Positions 39,921 through 53,675 of a stretch of 64,000 nucleotides of DNA are shown piece after piece. The stretch's first letter is position 1. Each line of letters opens with the position of its first letter. The DNA is taken from contig OX597825.1 of NCBI GenBank assembly GCA_951406725.2, forward strand, positions 51,026,001 through 51,090,000. Reading direction: 5' to 3'. Under the pieces are notes generated by a model that was not told the origin of the DNA, ran no database searches, and was given only the letters and a program-made list of their open reading frames with translations. The stretch is from Octopus vulgaris (Eukaryota). A program made the translations under genes and the position numbers.

Positions 39921-40855
39921 TAATTTAATCTGCATGTCTGTTACAGTCACTTGCCGAGACACACCCAACGTCTTAGGGAGAGTGAAGTATAAGAGATATT
40001 ACAGTATGACTGAAAGCTTTGGGAGGGGGAGTGGCAGGTGCAGTAGCGAAATATCTTCACGTAGTACAACACAGACATTTAAACTGTAAAGGTTTTACTA
40101 GGCATGTGGGCAATACTTGTCAGCACAATCTTTTGAATTTCTCTGAGACACAGCTCTCCTGGGATATTATCTAGATGTTTCTGGCATCCCTTCTTATCAT
40201 ACCAAGGACACCCATAATAACAGGAACAGTTCTCTCTTTAAGATTCCACATCTTTGTATTTCAATTTCCAGGTCTTTATATTTACTTAATTTGTTAATTC
40301 CTTAACATATATTTTTATCAGTGGGATTAGCCTGGATTGTTCTGTCACTATTGACTAGAAAATCCTAGAGGGGAGTGACTTTCTACTTTCAACGACTGGC
40401 TCAGGATGATCTCTTTACTATTCACCTCAAATTCTATATCATATCTATTCTCTTTCTTCACATATCTGTTCTTCGCTATTCTTTTCTCTGTAATCCACAC
40501 TAGTCCACTATTCTTTTCTTTAGGTGGTGTCACTACAGGTCTAGGTTTAGGGTTATCTTGGTTCTGGTTACCTGGTAGTTCGAGAATTTGTTCCAGCAGC
40601 AGACTTTTTGATCCCAGTCTGGTTCCCCAATGTGTAACGCGGTCCTTATTCCGGGCGATAACCGATCTGGCATGAGTTTTGGCTCGTCATTAAAGCATTC
40701 ACGGAAACAATAGAAGACGGTTCTGTTTGTGCAAGGTTGAACGTCATCCAGCTCCAAAACCCCTTAATATCTATACCCACTATCGTCAGGTTCACCCATG
40801 GTCTCTCCTGAGGGTAACCGCAATCCTCTGCAGGTTACTTTCTTCCCTCTTTTCA
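39921..40855 (-). mobile_element. R4/Dong-type retroelement remnant, probably internally deleted
   Basis: 40330-40085 encodes PTDKNI..KLSKYKDLEIEI..WNLK..VPVIMGVLGM..LREIQKIVL (RLE C-terminus), followed by a short UTR and (AAG)n/(GAG)n at 39850-39920. 40330-40855 is GC-richer, 5'-like sequence ending at an (ATT)n array. Confidence 0.65.
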
Positions 40856-40857
40856 TA

Positions 40858-40969
40858 TAACAACAACAACAATAATAATAAGGATGATGATAATAATAAT
40901 AATATTGATAATAATAATAATAACAACAACAACAACAATAACAATAACAACAATAATAATAATAACAAC

Positions 40970-41031
<62 letters not shown>

Positions 41032-41052
41032 TAATAATAATAATAATAATAA
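40858..41052. repeat. (AAT/AAC)n microsatellite
   Basis: Trinucleotide array of ~195 nt. Confidence 0.95.
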
Positions 41053-41589
41053 GGCAGTGGCTCTCATGGCTTCTGATCTTAACTGATTGGAAGTGTTATC
41101 ATGTACATTGTTTTGTCTTGGTATAAAAGATGGGCTACAGCAAATATTCTGCTCAATACCACAGATTTGCTTGTCAGTTGTTTGACCTTAACCAGTTGAG
41201 CATGTCCCTTAGTGGCTGACGATATGTGCATCTCTGATCACAAGCAGAAGTAGTGGAGGAGCATCATAGCCATGTGTTGAGAGGGATTCTTTGGTGTTTG
41301 AATAATTCACCTCTGGAAACATGAGTGGTTCTTTCAACATCCTTAAACAACCCTTATTCAGGGACCTTTTGAGCGGGATGGGCTACTCAACCTGAAGAAA
41401 ATTCTAACTGGGCCCCACCTGCAAGGTCATGTGATGTTTATCTTGATATGAGATCACCATGTCGCGCACATATGGTTGTGATGCATGTGCCTGGTATACC
41501 CTTATCAGACGGGTAGTCATGATGGGTATATTAGGCTTCGTATATTTTACCCCAGTGTCACTTTGATGGCATGAACTGCTCTCTCACTC
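41053..41589 (+). mobile_element. Non-coding insert inside an (AAT)n array, likely the 3' UTR of a TAA-targeting non-LTR element
   Basis: 537-nt GC-richer block with sharp boundaries and (AAT)n on both sides. No ORF. Family assignment and strand are inference. Confidence 0.5.
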
Positions 41590-41645
<56 letters not shown>

Positions 41646-44600
41646 TAATAATAATAATGATAACAATAATAAATATTATTATTATTATTGCTCCGATAAA
41701 ATGTTTTCATTCTCATAAACAATATCTTAATTATTTTTTAAATAGTTATTGTTGCTAATAGCTATGTAGACTGTAGATCAATGGGTAAGCTTACATCAAG
41801 AAATGATATCGAGGTTGTTTCAATCTCAGGTTTGAGGTAATTCACAGATGTAAATATCTGAATTTTGCGCTTAGCATTTTCTTTTAAAATGTAATACTTT
41901 TGAAGACGATAACAAAAGTAACAAAGCAAGAAAAAAATAATAAAAAAAACAAAAAGAGAAACAATATTTCGAGAAGGCAAAATGAAGGAATGGCAGAACC
42001 GCTTGAATACTGAACGTTACATAGTTTCAGTTTATCCGAAAAAAATGCGAACCAGTCTATGGCAAGCTAAGTTCCTAACAACATACTCCACGTTCGCCAA
42101 GTACAGTATATGATACCTGTTTATGTAATTGTGGATACTAATTTCCATTGATTAATTTGACAAAATGTCGGAGTCTAACAGCCTTCGACACATATTTTGA
42201 TTATTATAGTTTATTGTTGTGTTGCGTTACTTCTTGGGTTGTCGTTGTCGTTATTAGTTATAGTGGTATTGGTGGAGCTGCTGATTCCGATACCCGTGTT
42301 AGTGATGCATGTAGCTAGAGATGTCGTGATGCTTAATGTTGTTGATGGGTGTGAGGGGTGTCTTACTGATACTTGTAGTGGTTGTGAAAATAACGGTACT
42401 CGGAGTTATAATTGCAATGGTTATCCTAACAATAGTGATACTCGGATTTGTTATGTAGCTACTGTGGTGGTGCCTATGATAATCGTAGTATTAGTAGCTG
42501 TTATTGTGATAGTGTTTGCTGTTCTACACAATAGTTCATTGCGCAGTTGCTGTGGCATGTTGAATGTGATCGGGAAAAGGAACATTTATATCATGGTCTG
42601 TACCCACAAGAAGAAAGTGGCAAACTACGAAAACTATGAGTAATTTCCTTCACTGCTTCCACCTGCAAAATATTTCAGTCTGTGGTACCTACTTACTACA
42701 GAGTTCAGTTATTTAGATTTATTATTACTATCAAACTAAGACACAACACTGAAAAACAAGTCTCGAACCGACTTGTCGATCTGAGAACAATATGTTGACT
42801 TTTTGATTATCAATGTTCATTTTAACTGTCCAGTGATTCCGTAAGATTTTTACTCTATACCCATAGATAATACTTTGCTATTTACTCGAATTCCTTTTGT
42901 AAGATACAATGTGTCTCTCCTTCCATTGATGAGTTCTAATAAGAGCCAGACATATTCTAAATTAATCTCCCGGAGTAGAAGAAATATACGAGTTAATCAT
43001 TTTTTCAGCATTCAATTTATTGGACTTTAACTTTTTAACGTTGTAAGCATTGAATATACCTTCAGCTATTTGAGAGGCATTATGTTGCTGACACATATCT
43101 TAACCCTGTTCAATAGGATACTACAGTGCAGGCAACACTTTGGGCTTAATCATGAAAGCTTTTTTAATTATCCATGATTGAAAGTGAATTTCAGCAGAAG
43201 TAAAAAAAAAAACAATTTAGCTGGGATTAAATCTACCAGAGGATTGAACTTTCATGTAATCCCCAAACATGCTAGAATTGGCAAGCAACACTCCCTCGAA
43301 ACACTTAATACTGTCTTTAAAATTATGAGCTTGGGTAAAGAGAAAGACAATTGGATCGTGGCAAGAAGACATTTGATTATATGTCTATTCGATTAAGGCT
43401 CACATTAGACTTGTACCGTACCATCGCGTTAAATACATTTCCCAATGATTCAACCTATAGCACACCGTAGGTGCATCATGTCTCCATTTGAGTTTTCTCC
43501 CCTATAATGACAGGGAGATGGCAGGGGAAACAATTCTAGAGAAAATGTAGTGTACTAAATGTTAAAAGATTTAGAATTTGTTTCTATAATAAATATGGAA
43601 CAGAATTTAAGCAACACAGAAAAATTACATCAAACTGACACATCAAAAAATACTCCGTATTTAGTAGATGCAAGTTCTGTTTCTGTATACGGGAATCACT
43701 GCATGCTTCGTTAACCAGCTTCAAAGACAAAAAAAAAAAAAAAAACGCAGTCGAAATTAGACGGTATTACCGCGTAAACACAATGCTGGTTTTAACCTGA
43801 CTGACATGCTCAACAAACAGAGATGGATATCGGGAGAAATATGTAGCAAAAATAAACTGATAGATGAGCTGCAGACGAAATATCATTTTAACACAACATA
43901 TCAGGAATGATTAAGTCAGAAGTGAAATACACGAAAATGCTTGATGATTATTTAAGTCAATGATTGTTTATATAGATATCCCACTTAGAAATGTGACACC
44001 CTAATTAAGGGAACAGAGTAATATAAATAAGAAGTATTTCATCAAAACATATGGAAGTATCTATCTAGCTCTTGGATGGGTTCTGCTTCTGTAACCGATC
44101 TCACGACATACTTTGTCAGCCAGTTAATATTATATAATATGCATACATATATGCATACACACATACATAAATGCATGCATATATACATACACACATATGT
44201 AAATAGATGCATATTCTTGCAATCACTCTCTTTCTCTCTGTACATACACACACACACACACACACACAAACACACCCATATTGTCTATCTTTCGTAAGTG
44301 GCCTATCGTTACTGTTTTAGAGGCAATGTCATTAAATATACAGTTGGCCATTAAACTGCTCAGTCAACACTTCCAAAGGGAATTAATAACCATAATTCTA
44401 TAGAAGAAAAGAAGTAACAACAATATAAAAAAGCAACAACTAAATGTTGTAAACTTATCAACGCCATACAATGACAATATAGTGATTGTCTCTGCTCTCT
44501 CTACTACATTGATGAGAACAATAACAATCAACGTTTTTGTTGACTTGAAAGTGAAATTCAAATAGATATGTATAAAATAACCATTAATGATGAGTATAAT

Positions 44601-45574
44601 GCATGTGTGTGTATATGTGTGTGTGTGTTTGTGTGGTTGTGGCTCTGCGAGAAGTGTGGGTGTGTATGCGTGTGCTTCTGTGGGTGTTCGTGTCTTTAAG
44701 TAGGAATACATTTGCATAGTAGGTGTATCATTTTCGTTATGTTTTTTGTTGACCATAACAAAGAAGCACTATGAAGGTCAATGCACAGAGTTTATATTAT
44801 CCATTTACGGCTCAGAATTTTTAGATTTAATCCGAAATTACCATCATGCCCCCCAAACACGTGCACAGGTACAGAAATGATCTTATACACACAGTCACAC
44901 ACACACACATATAAGCATTTATATAAACACATGCATATGCATATATATATATATATATATATACGCAAACATACGTTTATATAATCATATATATATATGC
45001 ATACATATATATATTCAATTATGTAGTCATATATATATATATATATATATATACATTTATTTACACACACTCTATTTTTATATATATGTTAATAATATAT
45101 ATATATGCATACACGTGCATGTATGTATATATATATATATGTACGTATGCACTTACACACAGCGCGTATACGCATATATAGAAATGTCTATATAGGTGTA
45201 TGTGTATTATTTCGCCAATTAATATCATCTCATTGTGTAAATGCGATGCATCATTTGAAGTGAGCCATTAATTTCGCTATTTATCTTATTTTTATTTCTT
45301 TTTCCTTCGCCTAAGTCATTCAATTTGACTTTTTTATCACTTCAAAACAGTTATCTCATTATTAAGAGGGAAATATAAATATGGCCTTTCCTCCTAAATT
45401 TAGTCACGTGATAGAGTGCTAAGTTAAACGTTAGACGATTCTTGCCTTCATTAGTAGACAGGTTTATTCTGCAAAATTACCCTTACACTGTTGTGAAGTA
45501 TATAAGTGTAACAGTAAGAACAGCAAAAACAACAATGTAACAACAACGACGACGACAAAAACAATAATAATAAC

Positions 45575-46103
45575 AATCCTTTCTACCATTGGCAAAAAGG
45601 CCTGAAATATTGGGGGTGGGGGACTAGTCGATTGCTTCGAACCCAGTGCGAAACTGGTACTTAATTTATCGACCCCAAAAGGATGAAAGCAAAGTCGACC
45701 TCGGAGGAATTTGAACTCAGAGCGTTGCTGCAGACGAAATATCACTAAGTATTTCGCCCGGTGTGCTAACGATTCTGTCAGCTCGTCGCCTTAACAACAA
45801 CAATAACAACAAACAATAATCCTTTCTACTGGAAGCACAAGGCCTCAAATTTCGGATTAAGTCGATTACATCGGCCCCAGTGCATAACTGGTCCTCATCT
45901 TATCGACCTCGAACGGATGAAAGGCAAAGTCGACCTCGGCGGAATTTCAGTTCAGAACGTAAACACAGTCGAAATGCCATTATGTTGCGCAGCATGGTAA
46001 CGATCCTGTCAGCTCACCGCCTTAATAATAATGATGATGATGATATAATAATAATAATAATAATAATAATAACTACAACAACAACAACAACAACAACAAT
46101 AAC

Positions 46104-46135
<32 letters not shown>

Positions 46136-46285
46136 TGATAATAATAATAGTAATTTTTCCACATGGGCAGCTTGGGGAAGATAGGGATAAGTCGATTACA
46201 TCGACTTATTTTATCGAACTCGAAAGGAGGGAAAGCAAAGTCTACCTCGGTGGAATTTGATTTCAGGATGCAGAGAGGACGAAAT
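45575..46285 (-). mobile_element. Head-to-tail cluster of three SINE family B copies separated by (AAT/AAC)n
   Basis: Copies at ~45575-45792, ~45820-46023 and ~46170-46285, each with AAAGTC(G/T)ACCTCGG.GGAATTT. Confidence 0.85.
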
Positions 46286-46319
46286 GAACATATTTGTTTT
46301 TGTTATTTGACAGTTCTAT

Positions 46320-46712
46320 ATTTTCACTTTTATTTATTAGACTGTAGCTATGCTGGGGCACCACCTTGAATTTTTAGTCGAATGAATCGGTCCCAGTATT
46401 TATTCATTTTGTTTTGAAGTCTGATACGTATTCTATCGGGTTATTTGCCGAACCGCTAGATTATGGTAAGGTAACCACTCCAGAACCGCTTCTTAAGCGG
46501 TGGTAGGGGACAAACACAAACACACACATGAATATATATGTGTGTGTGAGTGTGTGTGTGTACGACAGATTCCGTTATGTTCTCGTCTACCAAATCCACT
46601 CACAAATCTTTGGCCGAGGCTATAGTAAAAAACATTTGCGCAAGGTGACACGCAGTGGGACTGAATCCATAACGATAGGGTTAGGAAGTAAACTTTTTAC
46701 CACACAGCCACG
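46320..46712 (-). mobile_element. SINE family A, diverged
   Basis: ATGCTGGGGCACCACCTT...GCCGAACCGCTA...CGTCTACCAAATCCACTCACAA...ACGCAGTGGGACTGAA...TTACCACACAGCCACGC. Confidence 0.8.
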
Positions 46713-49700
46713 CAATTTATTTACTTAGTTTTTTGCTTCTGTTTCAAGTTTGTATGTTCAGTTATTATCAGCCCATCATTTGTACATGCTACAAAGCTTT
46801 CGCCGGAACAAATGATTCCTTATTCATTTAAATATGTTAGTTGTGATTTCAGGAAGATTTGGCTGCTAATTTTGGAAGGTGGAGTTATCATGTAGAGACC
46901 CGTGTTTTTGGTTCGTCATTACTGAATTATTTTCCGCTACACAGGTATGTATTTGACTTGAACGTAGTCTATGATTTACTGTTTCTGAAGACACGTTTCT
47001 TACAAATATTGATAATTCCTTGATTATATATATCACTTGCAGAAACACACAGAAAGGAAATAGCAAAGTCTCTCACTATCTTATATGTGATTGTTGTTAG
47101 TTATATAGATTTAAAGGAATAAAGTTATAAACAATAAGTGGAACACAGTTGATAGCCAAATTTACTACAGCTCCTATATTTTCCCTAAGATGTTCTCTCA
47201 AATTTAGAAGACATTTTCAACTGTTTTCGATACATTAGAATATCATATAGAGTTATCTGTACTTCACGACATTCATACGGTATAGGTAAAAAAAAATTAT
47301 AGCCAATTAGTTGAAGAGATACACTGTAAATTGTTTTCACAAATGGCATGTGTCACAATAGAAAGTATAGTATTTTGATTAACAGAGTGCTACTTCACAA
47401 AATTAATATTTTAATGTCAACTACTTAAACAACCAATCAATGTGTAAATAGAATCTGCATAGAATATTTACCTGTCTGTTGTAAGCTATCATTTATAATT
47501 ATCGATTTATGTAAAGAGAATATATAGAGAGTAATTCTGTGCAGAAGGAAGCTTAAAAAATATATCTCTAGTTGGACTGAAGACAATAACAATATTAAAA
47601 AACAGTCGGCGATCAAAAGCCCATCAGTTTGTTTAGACCGTCTATAGCTGAGTCATTTACATACGCACGCACGTACACTCATATATATCAGACATGTTAA
47701 AGAAAATATTGGAATAGATAAGAAAATACTTGAATATTTGCTCAGAGTTGATAATATACAGGACGTTTGGTTATGTTCTACATCAATAACAGATAGCAGA
47801 GGATCTCCTAGTTGCTTAGTCGGTTGATGCAGTATCTGCTTACTTCTTTTCAGGATCGATCACGAAGTAACTTCCCGTTTCCGAGTCGCGACTGATGCTG
47901 CTCTGTAAACTGAGCTTCTCTCTGAGTGCTTCTTTACGTTACTATTTGGACGGCAGATGAAAACCCTGAATTCTTTCTTAACGCATTGAAATAATGGTTT
48001 TCTTTTTGCCCTCGCTTGTATTAAATTCTGTGGAATGAGATACTCTAGTTTTACGAAATTCCCCCAACCAATTCATCTGGGAACTTCGTCACATCTAAAC
48101 TGCAGTGTTTAACAACAGAGATATAAATAGGTCTTTTAATATTGTTTACATACATTGTGTACCATATTTGTTTTCGTGCAACAAATATTGTTTTGATTGT
48201 TCTTACTGTTATTGTATAATATATTTGTTAATTCCTCGATTAAGTGAAAAATCATTGAAACGGTTGCAAATAGCAATGAACGATCTTTAATAAAAATAAC
48301 AAACAAAAACAAACTAAACGACTTACTGTTTAACCAAGTTAAGCAAACAATCGATTTAAGCAAGTGACTAATAATAAAGGAGTGGAATTGAACAAGTGCG
48401 TGTGCTAATAATGTTGGCATAATCACTCTCTTCAGACACAACAAAATTTGTTTCAACACATGAATTCACATAAAGAATCTTGCAAACCTCATACACAAGC
48501 GAAGATTGTTTTTATTAAATGATTATTTAGATTGATATAATTCCCTTTTTTTAGCACATTTTATTTTGCGGCGTATTTTGTTTTTGCTGCGTGTCTTGTT
48601 AGTTTTGTATGCTGCTGGTGCATATTTCTTTTTGAGGTGTGTATTCTGTTTGTGAAAATATCGTCAAAATAAGAAAGCAATATTAAAGATGAAATTTTAT
48701 GCCTGTCTTTGGCAATCGGAAAACCCTTTTTGGCAAATATTACAAACAAAATAATTTCGTTTTGTAGTAGTGGAAATAAAAACTTGCTTGGAGTTAGTAA
48801 AAACATGGCTACATGCTACGGAAGCCAGAAAATATAACAAACTGTATCATATGGCACAAAGCATGGAATGAAGGAAACATTACAATCACAGGTTATATAA
48901 TATTTGGAGGTGGAGGGTACGAGAAAACGGGAGAAATAAAATGATTCTGCTTGATACAGGAGGACATCCAAACATGGTCAGAGAGCCACTGATCTAGTAT
49001 CAGCCTGTCTAGTAAGCTCAAGTGCTGTACGCTGAGTGTCAATTTAATCACACTATTTTCATCACTGTTACACATATTTTAGCAAATATCGACCGGCTGG
49101 CAGTCTGTCCAGAGATATTTCAACCCCTTTCAACGTAGTAGTTAAAAGTGAGTTCTGAGCCAATATTCATTTGTAGCAACAATTTTTCAACAAGGATCGG
49201 ATAATGAGTACGTGCAAAACGGTTTCGTCGCTGTTCATACATCTTGAACAGGGAAGTCTGATTGCATGTAGAGCCTATGTCCATACATACATACATACAT
49301 ACATACATACATACATACATACATACATACATACACACATACATACATACACACACACACATCTATATAGTGTCCCTCGATAGCACTGTCAGAGCAGAAT
49401 GTCATCCAGAACATACAAGCCAGCTCATTAGCACCAACGGCTTGAACTTCTCAGATAACGCTATTGGTCTTATCACAACACTTCTATAGGCTGCTCGTGT
49501 GGAACTCTTAACCAGTACATTGTCCAATATGTTGAGAACAATGAGCAAACTACCTACACACCACAAGCCAGGTGTAAAAGTATTGCTTGACATAGCCACA
49601 TAAAAATGTGCATATGGTCAGTACAGCACTCAACGGTATGGGGTTGCTCTCTCAGCCACTGAATTGCAAACCATTGTCATTCACATTGGAGATGAAGATC

Positions 49701-50298
49701 AAAAGTCATTTTCGCGGTTGCGATGCTTTTCCTAATAGTCTCAATATACAGCTATTTCTCGCTTAGGTTCATGAACAAAATATTGATTTCTGGAAAGGAT
49801 CAATCGATTAAATCCATTTCACTACTTGGTAAATTATTTACCAATCCTATGAAATTGATCTCAGCACGATTTGAACTCCGCACATAAAGAACCGGAAAGG
49901 ATACCTAAACGATTTTTGTTGAGTTCTCTTAAGAATCTTTCATAGAACCACTTGCTAAAGATCCTAATTTATTAGAAGACCGAAAGCCAGGAATGTGGTT
50001 AAAAGCTTTAAACTATTATAACACTTACAGTAATTAATTAGTATATTTATTTGGTCAACAACGGAAAGAGGAAAGGAAAATTTGATCACAGCAGGGCTTG
50101 AACTGAGAACATAAATCGCAGGAACAAATACTACAGTACATTTGACTCAATGCTCAACCGATTCTACCAATCTTAATTCAATGGTCGATATTGTCCTCCT
50201 TTAATTAATCTCCATACATAATGAGTAGATCGATATTCACGTAGATCTTTTGAAATTAAAGCTATCGAAGAAAAGGATTTTCAGGACGTACATAAATA

Positions 50299-50336
<38 letters not shown>

Positions 50337-51608
50337 GCACGCACACACACACATACACACATACACAAACACACACACACAGACAGACACATACTCACTC
50401 TCGCACACACGTCTGTGCGTGTGCGCGTGTGTATGTAAAAGTATTTGTTGTCTACGAGTCAGAAATAAAGCAGAATCTGAAAAATAGAGTGGCTATATTT
50501 TTAAATCATCGAGCAATATGTTACAGATTATGGAATAACATCATTGGTTAAGTCCTGACACTTGACAATATTGATGACTCTTCAGATTTGACTGAAGAGG
50601 TTGGGTACAAGTATATAACTTTACTTCAATGAAAATTATCAATACATCTGATGATTTTAAAGCATAATAATTATGCTATTTTCTGATTACAATTGTTGTG
50701 TCGGTTCTAAGATAAATACCTGCGATTGATGCATGTCTTGTTTTTAACCATCTATAATGAAAAAGTAATAACAATATTGCTGGTTTTTGAATCGCCTAAT
50801 CGGAGAACAGATAATACTGGAGAGTTTCAATTATAATCGTTATGGCAAATATTCTGTTACATAAAAACATCGTATATCCACGTGGAAATAATATGTAAAA
50901 AGCACAACACACTCACACACACTCACATACGCACACACACATTCTCCTAACCTGTTATTTCCGTGTGAATTTACCGTCTTTAGTTGTATTAGAATATCTT
51001 AAATTATCAGGCGCATTATATTTGAACCAATCCGGTATTATCTGTTTTCTGACCAAGCTGTTAAAATACACCAATATTATTATTGGTAACTCATTATAAA
51101 ATGTTAAAAATCAGATATATATCAATCCCAGATATTTGTCTCAGAATTGAAACCACAGTTTGTAGAAAAAAAGCATAATTATTTTATTTCAAATTAATCT
51201 GATGTTTTAATAATTTCCACTCGAGCAAAATTATAAATTTCTATCCAGAACTCAATTTAGACTTAATTTAGATTAGTTATAGATTAGATTTGATATGCTG
51301 AAAATAATTTTAAAAATGAAATTTTTAGATTCGAGAATTGGCTGAAACATTAATTTTTACCTCGAGGCAGAGAGCAAAAAAAAAAAAAAAAAAACCTGAT
51401 TGTTCTCTGAATATATTAAATTAATGTCTTCTCATATCATTATAGAAACATGGCAGTGGTTCAATGGTTACAGTGGATGTTTAAAACGCCGTAAGTCATT
51501 TGGTCGAAATGTATGATACATATGTTATGTATTTCGGTGAAGTAGTGCTTTCTATATCGTATGCAAATTAGATGCATTGGTGATGTACATACACACATGT
51601 ATACACAT

Positions 51609-51685
<77 letters not shown>

Positions 51686-53272
51686 ATTGTGTTCTAATTT
51701 AAGGAAGCAGGTAGTTAAAAGAATCAGAGAAATGGAAAATCAGAGAGATACAAAGATAAAGATATGTGAGTGTGTGTGCGTGTAAATACAGATGTGTATG
51801 TGCGTATACAAAGAGAGAGAGAGAGAGAGGGGATAGAGAGAGAGCAAGGAAGAGAGAGAGAGAGAGAGGGAGGGAGAGGAAAGAAAAGGGGAAAGGAGAA
51901 TGGAGAGAAAGAGGAAAATAAAGGTGAATGCTTCTATTTCAGCTAAATATTCAATTACAATATTCAATTGCATTATCAAGAAATTTATTAGAATTTGAAC
52001 AATCTTAAATGCTCAAAAAACATGTTATGGTGATATAGACTTGGTTATAATCTTGGAATATATGATAGTTAATAGCTACCAAAGTTAATAATCATAATTT
52101 TTTGCTGACCAAAAATTTATGCGTGATCACCTTTCCTATAATGCTATAATGATGATCGGAAAAAAGCATATTTCATATTACTTGAACCCTACAATGATTA
52201 TTTTACATCAGATTCACTTTAAAATGTTGTTTTCTGATCTCTCGCCAACCCAATCTAGAAGACGCATGAGGAAAAACTTTCCAGCGGTAATCATCCTATC
52301 TTCCTTGCCATTTGCATTTTTGACTCTCCAATATATTATTCTCCGTTTATTAAATGCGTTCGGGAAAGATTTAAGGAACAGCTGACTTGTATTTTCTGTA
52401 GAACAAGTGACGATGTAGACATTTTCCCATTGGTTAAATTGCTGTTTTTTATTAGTGGCAGAAAATACCTATTTTGAAACTGTTCCAACCGTGACCAACC
52501 TATCTATTTTGTAAAATTTGCCTACGACTGCATTTCTGCTTAAATATTGCCTCAGAACGCCTACGGAGAATCAGCACCGCAATCGCTAATCAATAGCGTG
52601 GCAGAACTTGTTATAGATGAGCTGAAACTAGATTTTATTAATGTGTCTGTAAGAAAACTGAGACACTCTACTCACACGTCTAAGAAATGATGACAGAAAA
52701 TTAGATGGAAAGAATTTGCAACTAGATAAGAGTTGCAGAATTTACCATTAACTGATAGAATTGTGTTATAGCAGAATATTCAAATATTGCTTTTGTTTAT
52801 CTATTTTTTTTAATTGATTTTATAAAATAAAAAGCAAAATATTCAGCAAGTAATCAGTTAACTTGCTTTTCTCTAACTCTGTCATAACAGCCACAATGTT
52901 AAACCACGTCATAATTTGGACAGTTTAATTAGAAATTCAAATTAGCTTTCGATTTCAATTTACTGGTGGAAATAAATCACTAGGAATAATGAAACGATAT
53001 CCGACTAGCTTTCGATTTTTTTTTTCCTGGCTGGAGAGAATTTTCAAATTTTCTCTCGTTTTGCAAATCAAAAACAGATAAGGCGTAGCAAATAAGATTT
53101 CATTAGGAGTAGTTGTGCGGTAAGAAGATTGCTTCCCAACCACATGATTCCGATTTCAGTCCCATTGCTTGGCATCTTGGGCAAGTGTCTATTACTATAG
53201 CCGCGGGATGACCAAAGCCTTGTGAGTGGATTTGGTAGACGGAACTTGAAAGAAGCCCGTCGTATATATATA

Positions 53273-53330
53273 CTAGCAGTATCGCCCGGCGTTGCTCAGG
53301 TTTGTAAGGGAAATAACTATAAAGCATCTT
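53273..53330 (-). mobile_element. Helitron 3'-terminal fragment
   Basis: CTAGCAGTATCGCCCGGCGTTGCTCAGGTTTGTAAG is homologous to CTAGCAACATAGCCCGGCGTTGCCCAGGTATGTAAG at 3514. Confidence 0.7.
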
Positions 53331-53392
53331 TATATATGATAAATGGGAAACATGGTGGGAAAAATAGCACTCGAATACCGGAGGTAGAGTAA

Positions 53393-53573
53393 TATACTAT
53401 ATTATTAAAGCTGCAAAATCATCACAAAAATATCACAAAAACTTGCAACTCAGAGTTTCACGTTCCCGCTTGTCGGACAGGTTTGGATTCTCAAACAAAC
53501 CTGTCCGACGAAGGGAAGTATGAGACTCTGAGTAGTAGTCTCTTTGTGATGATTTTACAACTTTAATAATAAA

Positions 53574-53579
<6 letters not shown>
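53393..53579. repeat. Fold-back element with two decayed hammerhead-like motifs
   Basis: Arms 53393-53485 and 53496-53579. Minus strand: CTGT-CCGACAA-GCGGGAACGT-GAAA-CTCTGAG-TT. Plus strand: CTGT-CCGACGA-...-GAGA-CTCTGAG-TA. Confidence 0.65.
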
Positions 53580-53605
<26 letters not shown>

Positions 53606-53608
53606 TAC

Positions 53609-53675
<67 letters not shown>

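Noticed and set aside
42197-42643. 148-aa hydrophobic ORF resembling a membrane protein
   Set aside because: Derived from decayed GTT/GTG/GAT trinucleotide sequence, with a non-ATG start, no recognisable domain and no splice context.
47840-47930. Possible splice acceptor (CTTCTTTTCAG) before a GC-richer stretch
   Set aside because: The frames I checked close quickly, and no donor or recognisable peptide was found.
40780-50660. Other isolated CTGAnGA heptamers (e.g. ~40785, 41217, 41392, 46985, 47578, 48430, 50592, 50648)
   Set aside because: No properly spaced GAAA with closing stems. Such heptamers are expected by chance.
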